Source: Mesotaenium endlicherianum
Taxonomy: Eukaryota
Reading direction: 5' to 3'
Assembly: GCA_009602735.1 (NCBI GenBank)
Contig: WELA01002985.1
Coordinates: forward strand, 447,527 to 511,526
Length of the DNA: 64,000 nt
Part shown: piece by piece, positions 49,689 to 62,638 of the stretch
Layout of the letters: each line of letters starts with the position of its first letter
Position numbering within the stretch: the stretch's first letter is position 1
Translations under genes and position numbers: made by a program
The notes under the pieces: generated by a model
What the model was told of the DNA's origin: nothing
The model's input: the letters and a program-made list of their open reading frames with translations, nothing else
The model's database searches: none

Positions 49689-52600
49689 ACCACTTATCAA
49701 AAGCTCTCGTCTCCTTTGCCATCCATTGCTATGTTACTAACCTTCGTAGTCACCTTCGTCTCCACATGATATGCTTCCTCAAGTGGTGAACTAAAAGACC
49801 TGCACTGAGGTAATAGACATGCTAGGGCAGCTTAATTGGCTCCGTCGATATTCAAATTTCGGCTCCAGCTTCGAGACCGGATTAACTGATATCTCCCGTT
49901 GTTGAAAATGCTGCGGCTCCAATGTTTTCTTCGGTTCCAGTATTTTCTTTTTAGGCAAAGAGGACATATAGCACCAGCTCGATCGGGCAAGCTCAGGCAG
50001 GCTCAACAGGCTCAGATGGACCTCCCGATCTCGTGAAGATGTTCTGCTTTGAAGGATCCGACACAAGCAGACGAGAATAACGAAGTCCAACAAGCTCCAA
50101 CATTTGAAGTTCAAACTGTGTCCAATTCTGCTCACAATACAGCGCAACACTGAGGAGCTCTGCAAATGCCCCCAATATAGCTGGGCCGTACGTAAGCGAT
50201 ACATAGCAGGCGACAAGTGTACGCAGATGCTTAAGCGCATGAAAAGGCATGCTAAAAGTCACCGCAGCCAGATACTTCACAGTGGGCAAAGTGCTTTTGG
50301 GTGAGCGCCATGAGGTCCAAAAAAGTCCACATGCAGCGTTGCAAACCATAAGAGCCACTACACCAGAAATGTAAAGAGACAACTTATATGCAGCAGGGAA
50401 TTAATTATGTTTTCAATGATTGTCAAGGTTGGCAGGTGGTGTTGCAGTTTAAGTTCCGTAAATTAGTTGTCCGGGCTGAGGTGAAATTGGAGGCTAGCTC
50501 CCTCTTTATTACTAGGAAGAGGAATCATGAGCACAGTAATTGAGGTTGAACAATTAACTCGGTGGATGAAGAGCATCTAGAAGTAGCTTGCCTCCTTCTG
50601 GTTGATTTCCCAATTCTTGTGGCAATTAAGAGGTGCATAACGTGCGTGGGTTTTAACGTAGCTTCCTTGTTGCGTAATTTATAGTTTAGTCTAGACATCA
50701 CAGTGGCTAATGGGAGTTGCATACTTCTCCTATTGAGAAGCATTATAGTGCGGCCGGTGGGGCCAAAGTACATTAATTATGGCTGAGAGGCCCCAAGTAC
50801 TCAAGAAGCAATCTTGTGAATCCTCTCCAATGTAGCCTGGGTAACTTAATTGGCTCCCATCCGTTACATGTGTGCATCCATGTTCCGTATGATGTGGGTC
50901 ATGCTGTGTGCAGTCCTCTTTTGAGCTCTCGCTTTGTGTCTTGAAGCGCCATGATACTGCATGTCGGGCGAAAACACTGGTGTAAGGAGATGTTGTGTAC
51001 ATGGGTTATGCTATGAAACTTGCACTAAATACATTCAGAGTATGAAGCTGCATGGAAACTTCTTGAGGTGGATCGAGCCATATAACAACAATGATTATCT
51101 TGCATTTGGATGTCAGAAATGCCTTGAGACAGCCAAAGCTTTTGTACTATATACGAGCCTCTGGTCAAATACAAGGCAGAGATTGAAATAGACAAAGATG
51201 TTTCATGGCAAGGCGAGGCACATGCAGTATTTTGCAAGTGTTCTCCATGTCTCTGCTGGTATACTTTGTCTCAGATTCTGTGGTTCTCTATATATATATT
51301 GATGCAATTAAAATAGACCAAACAGCTTCCTGGCACTAGTTCACAAGCTTTTCTATTCTTTGTAAAATAATATTCATTTAAATAGGTGGCTTGGGGTGCC
51401 CTCCTAGCTAGCAGGCCACGCAAGCGAGAGGTGAGGGGGGAGGTGGGGACGGAGTCAGGGATCCTCAGGACCTGAAGGGGGGACAGAAAGGAAAGGGGAG
51501 GTAGAGGAAGGGGCAAGGCTGCTACTGGAGACGGATAGTAAGTGTGGCTTTTGTAATTGTGCGGCAAATGATGCTTGCAAGCTCTTTTGTTAAGGTCTCT
51601 GCCAGTTGATGTGACGCATGTAAATTCCTCTTGGAAGACCCAATCATAAGTCATCCAAATGTTTTGACGTTTAGTTACTGCCATCAATTGTACATGTTTA
51701 CTTGCCCAACTTCGTCATTTATGGACAAGTCTTATAGTAAGATATACATGTATTATAGGTTTTCTAACGGCATATTGTATATTCGAGCATCAGGTCAACA
51801 TGTTTCACAACATATACTGTGATCATATAGCCATTCTATCATGTGAGGACCCTCATTTTTACATGACAAGAGGTTACACATAATTGTCGCTGTCCACTTG
51901 TTGACACTTCAGAAACTTTGTGAAACCATTTCATCACCTGTCACATGGTAACTATGGATTATAAGGGATTTTTTCCTATCTAGCACTTTTGCATGAAGGT
52001 GCAACCAAGGAATTATCATTTAAGAGCTTCTTCTATATTTACAAGTGGCTCATTTCTCCACTTTTTTCAAAAGTACATATAGATAACAACAAACAAATTC
52101 TAAGCATATCATGGAACTCGACTATATGCAATGTCTAACCTTGACTATTGCTTACAATGATACGAATCCTTGTCTTTTTTCGTCAACAATATATGTCAAT
52201 GGTTGTGTGGCTTCGTCTAGCCAAGGTCGTGATATGCTGTTGCTCTACAAAGTATCATATGTTGCTTATTGCCACCACATGTTATCAATGTTACATGAAG
52301 GATAATGAGCACGATTCAGTTGTCTTGTTATATTTTGAAAATGCACCTGATTTCTCACAATAAAGGCCTCTGGGTTGCCAACATGCATTGCAAGCTGACG
52401 GCTAAGTACCGCACGACCAACTGCACCATGATGTGTTTGTTGACTAATCTATGCCATACTGTAAGGCGGGCATAATTAGATTATAATTAGAGAGTAAAAA
52501 CACCTCTACATGAGGATCAATTGAATGTTAGAGTTTGTAAGAGAATTCAGCTTTTGAAGAATATCATGTTGAAAGAAGCTTTTCTGTATGTCTTGTTTGC

Positions 52601-54643
52601 AGAATGAAGGTTCAGTCAACCAAACTGACCTTTATATCTAAGCTTCTAAATTCTCTATCTCTTTTGTTTTACAAATGAAGTTTATTGCACATGCTTGATC
52701 AATGCATCTCAAGTGCTTGTCACTTGTCAGTGAGACTGAAACACTAAGATGCAATGTATGTGGCTAAAACAAGTCAAACTGAATGTCAAAATTTAATTGA
52801 CTAATAATGACAAGTGACTAGTAACTGGTAAGTGTGAATGAAACTAGCCTAGTCACAGGTCCATAGACTCAGTCTAGTGTGAATTGGGCCTAAGTCTTAA
52901 GGTCAACTTATAGGAATGACAAATAAGTTTGACTAACGTCTAGCCACAAAGAGTCAAGTCCACTAATGGTCAACTCTAGAGGTCAACTGGCTGTAATTGA
53001 AGGGGTCAGTCAACATCCTTTTCTACATATTCAATAGATGCACACAATAATCATATACCCATGCAGGTTGTAGGCTTGGATTGCCACACGAGCAAAATCA
53101 ATTTTAAATAATATTAAATGTCATTGCGGGCTGTAGAAGTAGGTCATAACATGCTATCTCATACATACAATAGACCACTCACAAGTCATAGATGTCCTCT
53201 AACGCTACTTGTGATGGCGCATGCACCACATGTGTAATTGATGCTCTATATATTTCTATGAATCAAATTTCTATGAATCGAAAAATTCTCATAACAACAA
53301 TATGAAAGACGCCAACATTAAGGAAACAGCGAGTGTTGCTTTAAGAACTCCCAAGGTCACAAATTCTCCTTGCCGTCATTCTGGCGAGCTTGTTTACATC
53401 TGAACAAGAATCATCAAGAAATAGGCACTTCAGTCCGCAAAAGAAGATACATGTTTGGTTCATCGAAATTCAGAATCTTGCTTAATTGCGACGGTTTGAT
53501 CAAAATTAAAAGTACGAATGTACCTGCTAGAAAAAAAAATCCTATACATAACTCTCCTAAACAAAACACTCCTACACAAAATACTCCCACGCGGACGGTG
53601 TGACCGAAAAACGCGATTTAGCCGCATTGTACTGTTCACACTTGGAATAGCTTCAAAAAGTACAGTCTTAGAAAAGGTAAGACGAACGTTACAAATTGAT
53701 GGGGGTCATACTCTTAGACCACATATGATGAAAGAGTCGTGTAGTGCATAAGTCGTGCATAACGACTTGTGCCGTACACACATCACATGAAACTCAAAAT
53801 GGCCTTTTGAGGACATTTAGGGGCAGTTTTGTACTTTTTACCGCCGCTTCTGACGGATTTTGTTGAAAATGTCTATACTTTCATATTCAGGTATATATGC
53901 CTGTTTTCCGTCTTCTCCAAAAATTTCCGCCCATTCAGAGTTGTATTCAGTGAGATATTCAATTTTTGGTGATATGTATATATATGGTCACGGAAGGCAA
54001 AACACTCTATTTGTCACAAATTTTGCATGCCAATGTGCAGGTCACCATGGCTTCCACATGTGCCCAATTGGACTGAAATTTTATGCACCCTTTTGTGTCC
54101 CTATGATGAACATGTGCAACTAAGAACACTTGTGTTTTGACAAATTTTGGAGGAGCTAAACACGTGCAAATATTGCCAGATTTCAAAGTTCGCATGTAAT
54201 AAATTAGTATATTGGTAGATATAATATTCATTTAAATAGAATAATTGATTATGTTCAGTCTGCTAGACTTTAGTTAATATTCAGTCTGCTGGACTTCAAA
54301 TAATAACCAGTATATCGACTCAGCCGAGAGCAGCAGGCTGAAGTCAACTTAGGTCAGCTTGCTGACACATTCTCCAGCTGACTTCCGTACTCGATAGCAG
54401 CGAACTGCCTAGATATGCATCTAAGTGTGGTCTGCTAAATGAATGGCCAGATGACATCCTTTGGGTAGATGACGATTCGGGATGATGGGAGATGGCGGTG
54501 GATTTGGTTAACCGAGGTCCTACCAACGTGGTTAACTCCCGGGTAGGCGGTGCCATCGCACTGGCCGTTGAACAGTAAACTCATTCCATGTACATATGCT
54601 AGGCATTGCTCTCAAGTTCGGCATTCGGAAACAAGGCCAACTC

Positions 54644-55160
54644 TGTAGTGAAACAGATAGATAAAGTACTTAGTGAAATAGAATACTTTATTCAAGACAA
54701 GGATCTTTGAACACAAGTGGTAGCTTCTTGAAAGAGAGATGGCTTCTTGAAAGTTAATATATTTCTGGATTTTGGCGAGTACAAGAGTGATTCTGGAATG
54801 TCTTTCTATGTTCTAGCTCTTGTTTATATACTTGCTGATTTCTAAAAAAGTGTATGTTGACGTGTTGGCACCCAACACATCCCAAAACTTGCCACCTCTT
54901 TCTAGAATAATGTACACATGTCTTTTTGACCTAAAATGGCACATTTGACTTTTGCCACATGGAGTTCTTCTAGGTCTTTCCTCTAACTTCGAAAATGCCT
55001 TGGAAGGTTCAAAGGACATGAACAAAGTTACTAGAGTACCTATTCACACTTGACTCCACACAATAATACTCCACACTTGACTCCACACAATACTACTCCA
55101 AATATATTTGAAAATATTAAAATATATGCAAACTAATATATAATAACTCAAATCACTACA
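54644..55160. mobile_element. Solo LTR (517 bp) with 5-bp TSD, inserted upstream of the element 1 PBS
   Basis: Termini TGTAGTG...CACTACA (inverted), flanked by direct repeat AACTC at 54639-54643 and 55161-55165; no coding sequence. Confidence 0.85.
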
Positions 55161-55428
55161 AACTCTCATGTACAGCTTACTGAGAGAACCTGAATCCAAG
55201 GTGAGAAGCCATTGATATGCACTGTCTTCTAGCCTTGCTTATGTATGAGTTTATTGATTGCATTACGGATGCTAGTTTACTTGCATTTGACTTGCGAGTA
55301 TGGTCCACTGCTAGTGTGTTATCTTTTGCTGTTTAATCAATTAACAGAAAATACCATAGAGATTACTTGCTGATATAAAGATCTTCATTAATTGTTAATC
55401 GCTTGTTTGGTAAGTCGATTCATTTCAG

Positions 55429-55440
55429 TGGTATCAGAGC
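55429..55440 (+). promoter_or_regulatory. Primer binding site (tRNA-iMet) of element 1
   Basis: TGGTATCAGAGC one base after the LTR-terminal CA. Confidence 0.9.
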
Positions 55441-55500
55441 AGTTATCACAGTTTTCTTTGTAAGGTAAGGACAAGGTCTCAAACTAGCAACTCCCCAGAC

Positions 55501-56931
55501 ATGGAGAATCAGGATAACTAGAATGTTGAAAACCAGGTTGAAAGCCATGTAGCGGGAACCCGTACTTATTCTGAAGCAGTGGCAGATACTACAGCTAGAG
55601 AGGCTGCAGATGAGGCAGCTGCTATTGCTGCAGTCGCAGCACAGCAGGCTGAGGAAGGAATAGTCAGATTAGAAGCCAAACAATTAGCAAAAGCTGCTGA
55701 AGAAATTGAAAGGAGGGAAGGACAGCCAGCGGACGAGCGCACTGTCAAAGAACTTATGGCAGCAAGGGCCAGTGTTCTGAACCCACCTCCTGCTGTACAA
55801 CTTAATGTGCCTCTAGGTCAAATTCGTGACCGGCTGAATGCGGCAGGAATTGCTGTTGCAGGAGCGAGAGGGACTCTTGAGGACACTACTCAGCGAGTGG
55901 ATGCCACTGCTGCTGCTAGACTCCCACCTCAGAGAGTAGATTTGGGAGCATTATTTGTGCAAATGCAATCGCAAATGGCGAGCATGTATCAGTCCCAACA
56001 GGAAGACAAAAGAATCATTATGTCCCTACTGCGGGACGAAGACCAACTGGGTTCTCAAACCACTGGTGGTGGTGGCAGAGGGCCTAGTAAGCCTAAGCCG
56101 AAACCTCCCCAGGACTATGATCCTAAGGGAAACAAAAAGTATTATCTGATCAAATTTCTCGCTGATGTTGAGCAGTGGCTGGAGAACTACCCAGAGCTGC
56201 AAGATTACGAGAAGGTCAGGCACACTGGTGCTCTACTGAAAGGCAATGCAGCAGACTGGTGGATGTATTGGAAAGGAGAGCGTAAGGCTCAGCATCTCGG
56301 TGACCCTACTTGGGTAGAGTTTGTCGAGAAATTGCATGAGAAGTTTGATGTCATCAATCAGCAGGAGAAAGCTACCTATGCAATGATCTCCTTGACACTG
56401 AAGCAGACCACTTCAGTTGCTGAGATTGCTCAAAAGTTCCAGGAGAACATGATGAAGCAGCCAGAGTTGCCAGAGCGGTGTAGGATAGCATACTTCAGGT
56501 ATGGCTTGAAATCCAAAGTCTCTGGTCATTTTGCTGAAAAGAAGTATGAGAAACTGGCTGACTTGATTCAGGACGCTGATGCCTGGGATCAACAGTAGTT
56601 CAATCAGAAGCGCCAGAGTAATGCTTTGGTGTCTAAGATTGTCAAAAAGTCCCACGATTCCTACAATGCAATTGAAGGAGACCAGGCTGAGGATGATCAG
56701 GGTGATGAGTGCGAGTATGAGTATAATGCTATACAGTCTAGAGGGAGAGGTGGTCACTCTCGAGGTGGCTACAAAAGAGGTGGTGGGAGGACTAAGCCCA
56801 GACCAGCATCAGCAAAATCTATTTGCTTCCATTGCCAGCAGCTGGGCCACTACAGAGAGCAGTATCTTAGCAAGCACCTTCCAAAGGTCGAGAGGAAAGG
56901 CCAGCCTTTAAAAGACAGCAACAGTAAGTAA
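55501..56931 (+). pseudogene. gag: gag of element 1 (premature stops, frameshift)
   Basis: ATG 55501, TAG 55519, ORF 55579-56598 with retrotransposon-gag features; zinc-knuckle ORF to 56931. Confidence 0.8.
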
Positions 56932-58293
56932 TCCAGTCTACTGACTGCGAGGATGCTAGAGATAGTGAGTCGTCACTAGCTGCCCTCGTAGCAGGTATTA
57001 TGGGTCTTGCTGAACTGGATTCACTATGCATGCCTGACAACCAGATAAAGGAGACCATCAACAATATAGACCTCCAGAGAGTGCACACTCTGGATGATCT
57101 TGTTCCACCTAATGTTCAACATTTCCTTGCTAAGTCAGGAGAACAATGCGAAAGTCAGGAAAGGCCAGTCCCCCTTATTCTACTGCATTGCATGATTGCT
57201 GGTAGGAAGGTGAGGGCATTTGTTGACGGAGGGGCGTCACATACTTTCATCCATAAAGACTTAGTTAAGCGGCTAAAGCTGCATATTGTCACCCAAGGGA
57301 ATAGAAAAGTATTCCTTGGAGATGCCTCAAGTGTCCCAGGAGGAATTATAACCAAGCCTATGAGGTCCAGTTAGGTTCCGGCATTGCAGATCTAACTGAA
57401 ACGCTTACACTTGAGGTAATCAACATTGGCTTTTATAATCTTGTGCTAGGCAGGTCCTAGCTTAGTAGACATCAAGCTGAAGTGTGTTGGAGCAGAGGTA
57501 CAGTTAAAGTGAGAGGAGCCAGTAATGGGCAGACTAACTTGGCACCCACCAGTGCTCTTCCTCTTGTCCTGTGTGGATGGCAAATGAAGGATCCTAAATG
57601 CAATGGAGTTCATTAAAAGCTGGAACCAGAAGGAAGACAAAATGTTCTGTCTGCTGCTAAGAGAGGTACCTCCTCAACCTGAAGAAGTGGTGGAGAAAAA
57701 GGTAAGCCCTCCGGAGCACCCTACTGCTGCAAAAATTGTTGCTCAGTACATGGATGTATTTAATATGCCTCCAGGACTACCCCCTAAGATGGAAGTAGAT
57801 CATAGGATTGATTTATTACCTGGGAGTCAGCCACCCTGGCAACGCGCTTATGGCTTGTCTTATGTGGAGAGCGAGGAGTTGAAAACACAAATTGCAGAGC
57901 TTGAGGAAAAATGGTTATATTTCCCCCAGTAAATCACCTTATGGCGCACCCATCCTATTTGTTAAGAAAAAGGATGGAAGTATGCGGATGTGCGTTGATT
58001 ACAGAGCTCTTAACAAAATTACAACAAAGAACAAGTATGCTTTACCCAGAATTGAGGACTTGCTTGATACCCTATCTGGTGCTAAAGTGTTCAGTAAAAT
58101 AGATCTCAAGAGTGGTTATCATCAAATCAGAATTGCTAAGGGGGATGAACACAAGACTGCCTTCCGCACACGTTATGGACACTATGAGTTTAATGTGATG
58201 CCATTTGGACTGACTAATGCTCCTGCAACCTTCATGGGTGCTATGAATGACATTTTCATACCTAACTTGGATAAGTTTGTGCAAGTCTACCTG
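56928..58293 (+). pseudogene. pol: pol of element 1 (protease, truncated RT)
   Basis: DGGAS protease motif; RT ends at FVQVYL where element 2 is inserted. Confidence 0.85.
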
Positions 58294-59034
58294 TGAAAGG
58301 GGCAGAGTGCTCTAGTGGAAGCTTAGTAACTCACGAGGAAAGGAACTAGTTGCAATCATACTAAAGAGTGCAGCGGCATATCACTAAGAGAGCTTAGGAA
58401 GATTACTCAACATTTTGAGTCGCAAGAAACTGCGCTCAATTGATGTGGGATGGAAGGCCTTGTCATTACAAACCCGTAGAAATTTACAAAAGTGAAAACT
58501 GATAATAAACAAAGAAGTTATGCCTATTTAAAGTTTTCTGCCAAAGTGCTCCTCTCTAGGAGGACGCTACAGAATTTCCTAAGTGTTTGTCAATTCGTCC
58601 CTTCCTGAATATTCGTGAGTAGGCCAGATCGGTCTCATCTGACGTGTCGGGTCGAATTGATGTCCACATACATGCATTAACACTACTAGAATATTCTATC
58701 TTAGGCGCGCTAGGCTAAATCGAAACTTCTAGGTAAATCGACCTAGTCGGCACTCCGCGTCAGCCAAACTTACGTGAAGGTTCGAGTTCGCTCTAACGGG
58801 CCAGATTGCCCGACGCTGTCAGTCAATCCAACGGTCGCGCTCACCGCGAATTAAGGACAGTCGTCAACCGACCTCAAAACTAATTAAACTTTGGAAATCC
58901 ATAACTCTCTCAATACTTGACCAAATTTGATGAACATTATAAAATGACCACAAAAATGCAATCTACACTTCTATGCAATCAAAACAAACTTTCATAAAAC
59001 TCAAAAATGCACTCTATAAATCTATGACCTTACA
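58294..59034 (-). repeat. 3' LTR of element 2
   Basis: Matches 63680-64000; bounded by PPT and TG/CA. Confidence 0.9.
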
Positions 59035-62000
59035 TCATCCCCCTCCTCAAGATGCGACGTCCTCGACGCATTCTGCAGATAACGTCTCAACTTACTCTTA
59101 CAATGAGTCAAGTTGGCCTCTGGCTCCCAAGTGTTGTTGTCCGCATGGTAGCCTTTCCACTTGACCAGATACTCTTGAGCAAGTCGTTGACCTCGCTTGA
59201 ATCGTCGATCGTCGACAATCGCCTCCACTTCATACTCCAATAGGTCATCGATCTCGACCGGTGGTGGCGGTGTAGGTAGTCGTCCTGGATGTCCTTCATT
59301 CGGGTCAACGTATGGCCGCAAACAACTGACATGGAACACATCATCGATACGCCAGCCTGAAGGAAGTTCCAACTTGTAGGTCACTGGATTCACCTGCTTG
59401 AGCACTACAAAGGAACCTGTAATCCGTGCCCGCAATTTCCTCTTGCCTGTGAAAGGCAGATTCTCTGTTGACAAGAGTACTTTGTCACCCACATGGTATG
59501 TCACTTCCCTCCTGTGCTTGTTGGCATACTGGACCTGTTCCTTTTGTGCCTTCCAAATACACGTCTTCGCCATATCCCAAGTCTTGGCCATCTGCTCCAT
59601 AAAAGCTTGTGTAGTAGGAACCTGAGTCTCCTTGGCCTTCTCCAACAAGATGTTCCCTGGATGATATACTTTTCTCCCATAAACCATAGCGAATGGTGAC
59701 TGCTTGGTTGATCCCTGCATGCTGTTGTTGTAGGCAAACTCCAACCCCGGCAGCTTCTTGTCCCACTCTGAAGGGTCCTCCATAGTGAAACTCCAGAGCA
59801 CCTCTTGCAGAGTTTCGTTGAGCCTCTCACTCTGCCCGTCTGTTTGAGGATGATAGGAAGTGCTCATACTCAACTTGGTCCCCATCAAAGTAAACCATGA
59901 CCGCCAAAAGTTGCTAGTAAACCTCGAATCCCGGTCTGAAAAAATCACCTTCGCCAACCCATATAGCTTGAAAATATGATCAAAGAATAGCCGTGCCACA
60001 TCTGCTGCCGTAGAATTCTCCTTCATGGGAATAAAACGTGCCATCTTGCTGAGTCTATCAGACTCAACCCATACTGCATCGTGCCCTTGACCACTCACTG
60101 GTAACGACGTGATGAAGTCCGTAGCAATCTGCTCCCAAGGGTACTCTGGAATAGGCAGGGGCTGTAATGTACCTCCCTTCTTTTGATTTGGTGTCTTGTT
60201 TCTCTGACACGCATCGCAAACCCTGATCCACTCCTCGATGTCCTTGTCCATATTTTTCCAATAATACTCCCGCTTCAGCACGCTTGCCGTCTTCTCGCTT
60301 CCAAAGTGTCTAGCATATAAGCAGTCATGATGCTCCGCAAGTAATAAGTCTCGTAGCTCCTTGATGTCAGGTACCACCACTCTCTTGGAATCACCATCAT
60401 ACCATATGCCGTCCTTCTTCTGCATACTCGAGTTGGACTCAGCTGCTCCACCATCAGCAAACTCTGGGTCCTCCTCATACCTCTCTTAAGCTTCTCCTTG
60501 AAGTCCATACTCTCCTTGATGACTGAAACAGCTGCAAGGTCACACCTCCTGGATAAAGCGTCTGCAGGGTTGATCTTCCCAGGTAAGTACTCAATCTTGT
60601 GATCAAACTGTTGCAGAAACTCCATCCACCTTGCCTGTCTTGGTGTCAACGTTGGCTGCGTCATAAATTTCTCAAAGCTCTTGTGGTCGGTCTTTATGAA
60701 CACCTTCCGGCCGTCCACATAACATCGCCAAATCCTCAAAGCCTGGATAATAGCCAACATCTCCCGCTCGTGTGCTGCATAGTTTTGCTCAGGCGAACTC
60801 AACTTCCTGCTCTCGTATGCCACAAGTTGCAATCCTTTGCCCTGGTCCTGGAGAAGAATGGCTCCCACTGCAAAATTTGATGCGTCCGTGATGATGGTGA
60901 AAGGAAGCTCTGGACTGGCAATTGCCAACACAGGTGCCTGTGTCAACAGCTCCTTAATCTTCTCAAAGGCTTGCTGCTCCTTGTCACCCCATAGCCCCTT
61001 CTCTTGCTTCTTCAACATGTCCGTGAGCGGTGCACACACCTTGGCAAATCCTTCAACAAAACGTCCGTAATAATTCGCCATGCCGAGGAAACTCCTGAGT
61101 TGATGAATATCAGCAGGTACCGGCCAATCTTTGACTGCTTGCACCTTCTTCTGCTCCACCTTGACTCCTTCAACTCCCACTATGTGTCCAAGAAACTCGA
61201 CTTCCTTGAGACAGAAGTCGCACTTGCTCACCTTCCCATACTGCTTCTGATGTCTCAAGACCTCCAACACCTTCCTCAGATGCTCCACATGTTCCTCCAA
61301 GGTCTTCGAATAGATCCAGATGTCGTCCAAAAATACCACCACAAACTGGTCCAAGTAGGGTCTGAAGACACTATTCATGAGTTCCATGCATATAGCAGTG
61401 CATTGGTCAATCCAAAAGGCATGACTGTAAACTCAAATAAGCCATAGCGAGTCTTGAAAGCAGTCTTTTGAACGTCTTCTTCCACAATGCGTACCTGGTG
61501 ATAGCCACTCCTCAAATCAATCTTCGAGAAATACTTTGCCCCGACAAGCCTGTCAATTAACTTGTCCACTCGTGGAAGTGGGTACCTGTTCTTGATGGTG
61601 ACCTTGTTGAGTGCCCGGTAGTCGACACACATCCTCATAGTCCCATCCTTCTTCTTCACAAATAAGACTGGCGCGACAAATGAAGACTCGCTGGGTCGGA
61701 TGAATTCCTTCTCCAATAACTCTGTCAGCTGCTTCTTCAACTCATCCAACTCCGCAAACGATTGACGATAGGCGGATCTCACTGGTGGCTTGCTCCTTGG
61801 TTCCAACTCGATCTTGTGCTCCATAGCTCTCTGTGGAGGTAATCTTCCAGGTAGCTCCTCAGGAAACACGCACTTGAACTCCTCCAACAGCGCCTTAATT
61901 TGGGCAGGCATCTCAGCAGGCTTCTTCTCTTGAGTGGTTGGGCTTTGCTTCTTCTGAGCAAGGGGATCAGACACCACTACTTGCTCCTCCGGCGATGTAC

Positions 62001-62638
62001 ATTCGCCCAGGCTGTTAGGATTCACGCTTGCTCCATCTGATGACCTGGCCAGGGCCACCAAAACAAGGTACATCTCCTTCACCTGATTCGCCCTGCATAG
62101 CTTCTTAACTTGTAGGCTCGACAGAAGACAATTACTTGTGGTCGTATCCACCTCCACCTGTTTCGCTGTCTCCATTTGACCATCACGCCCTTGGACCTTC
62201 ACTTGTCCTGTGCTCCAGTGCACTTGAGGGTTGGCTTTTCTTAGCCATGGTCGGCCCAATATCACCTCATGGTGACCTAAGTCTGCTTGCTCCATAAGTT
62301 CAGTACTTTGGTGCCCCGCTACTTCCACGTGAATAGCTTCCGTAGATGCACCACACTTGAGTCTCTGCCCATTTGCCAAAATTGCCTCCCTATACTCATA
62401 ATGCTTCTGCAAAGGGATTCGCCACTCTTTCACTAGCTTCTTGTGCAAAAGTTTGCACTTGCGCCACCGTCGACCATAAACTTCACCTTGTTGCCGTCGA
62501 CCACTCCTTCCACGATGATAGGCTTGTCAACGTCTCGTCCTTTGCCTCTCGGCTGGCTTCTGGGGATAACCTCCTTGTGAGTTCTCGTCTTCACGCCAGT
62601 TGACACCCCAGAACGACTTACTGGCGTCCTCCTTTTCC
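59022..62638 (-). pseudogene. pol: pol of element 2 (PR, RT, RNase H, integrase, chromodomain) with about 3 frameshifts
   Basis: [39 protein letters not shown] and DDE integrase (ATDF, SDRDSRF, HPQTDGQSER); chromodomain YEVEAIVDDR..EYLVKWKGY..NTWEP. Frame breaks near 62445, 61390 and 60480. Confidence 0.9.

Larger units (their letters stand above)
54195..58293 (+). mobile_element. Ty3/gypsy LTR retrotransposon 1, degenerate, 5' part only (LTR, PBS, gag, protease, N-terminal RT)
   Basis: LTR ends ...CATTTCA at 55427 (start at TGTAAT 54195 is tentative). PBS TGGTATCAGAGC at 55429-55440. Gag (LLKGNAADWW, PTWVEF), degenerate knuckle CFHCQQLGHYREQY, protease [35 protein letters not shown]...[12 protein letters not shown]. 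Several stops and frameshifts. Confidence 0.9.

Noticed and set aside
49790..52400. Short ORFs upstream of the Rpp21-like gene
   Set aside because: No recognisable domain or splice structure
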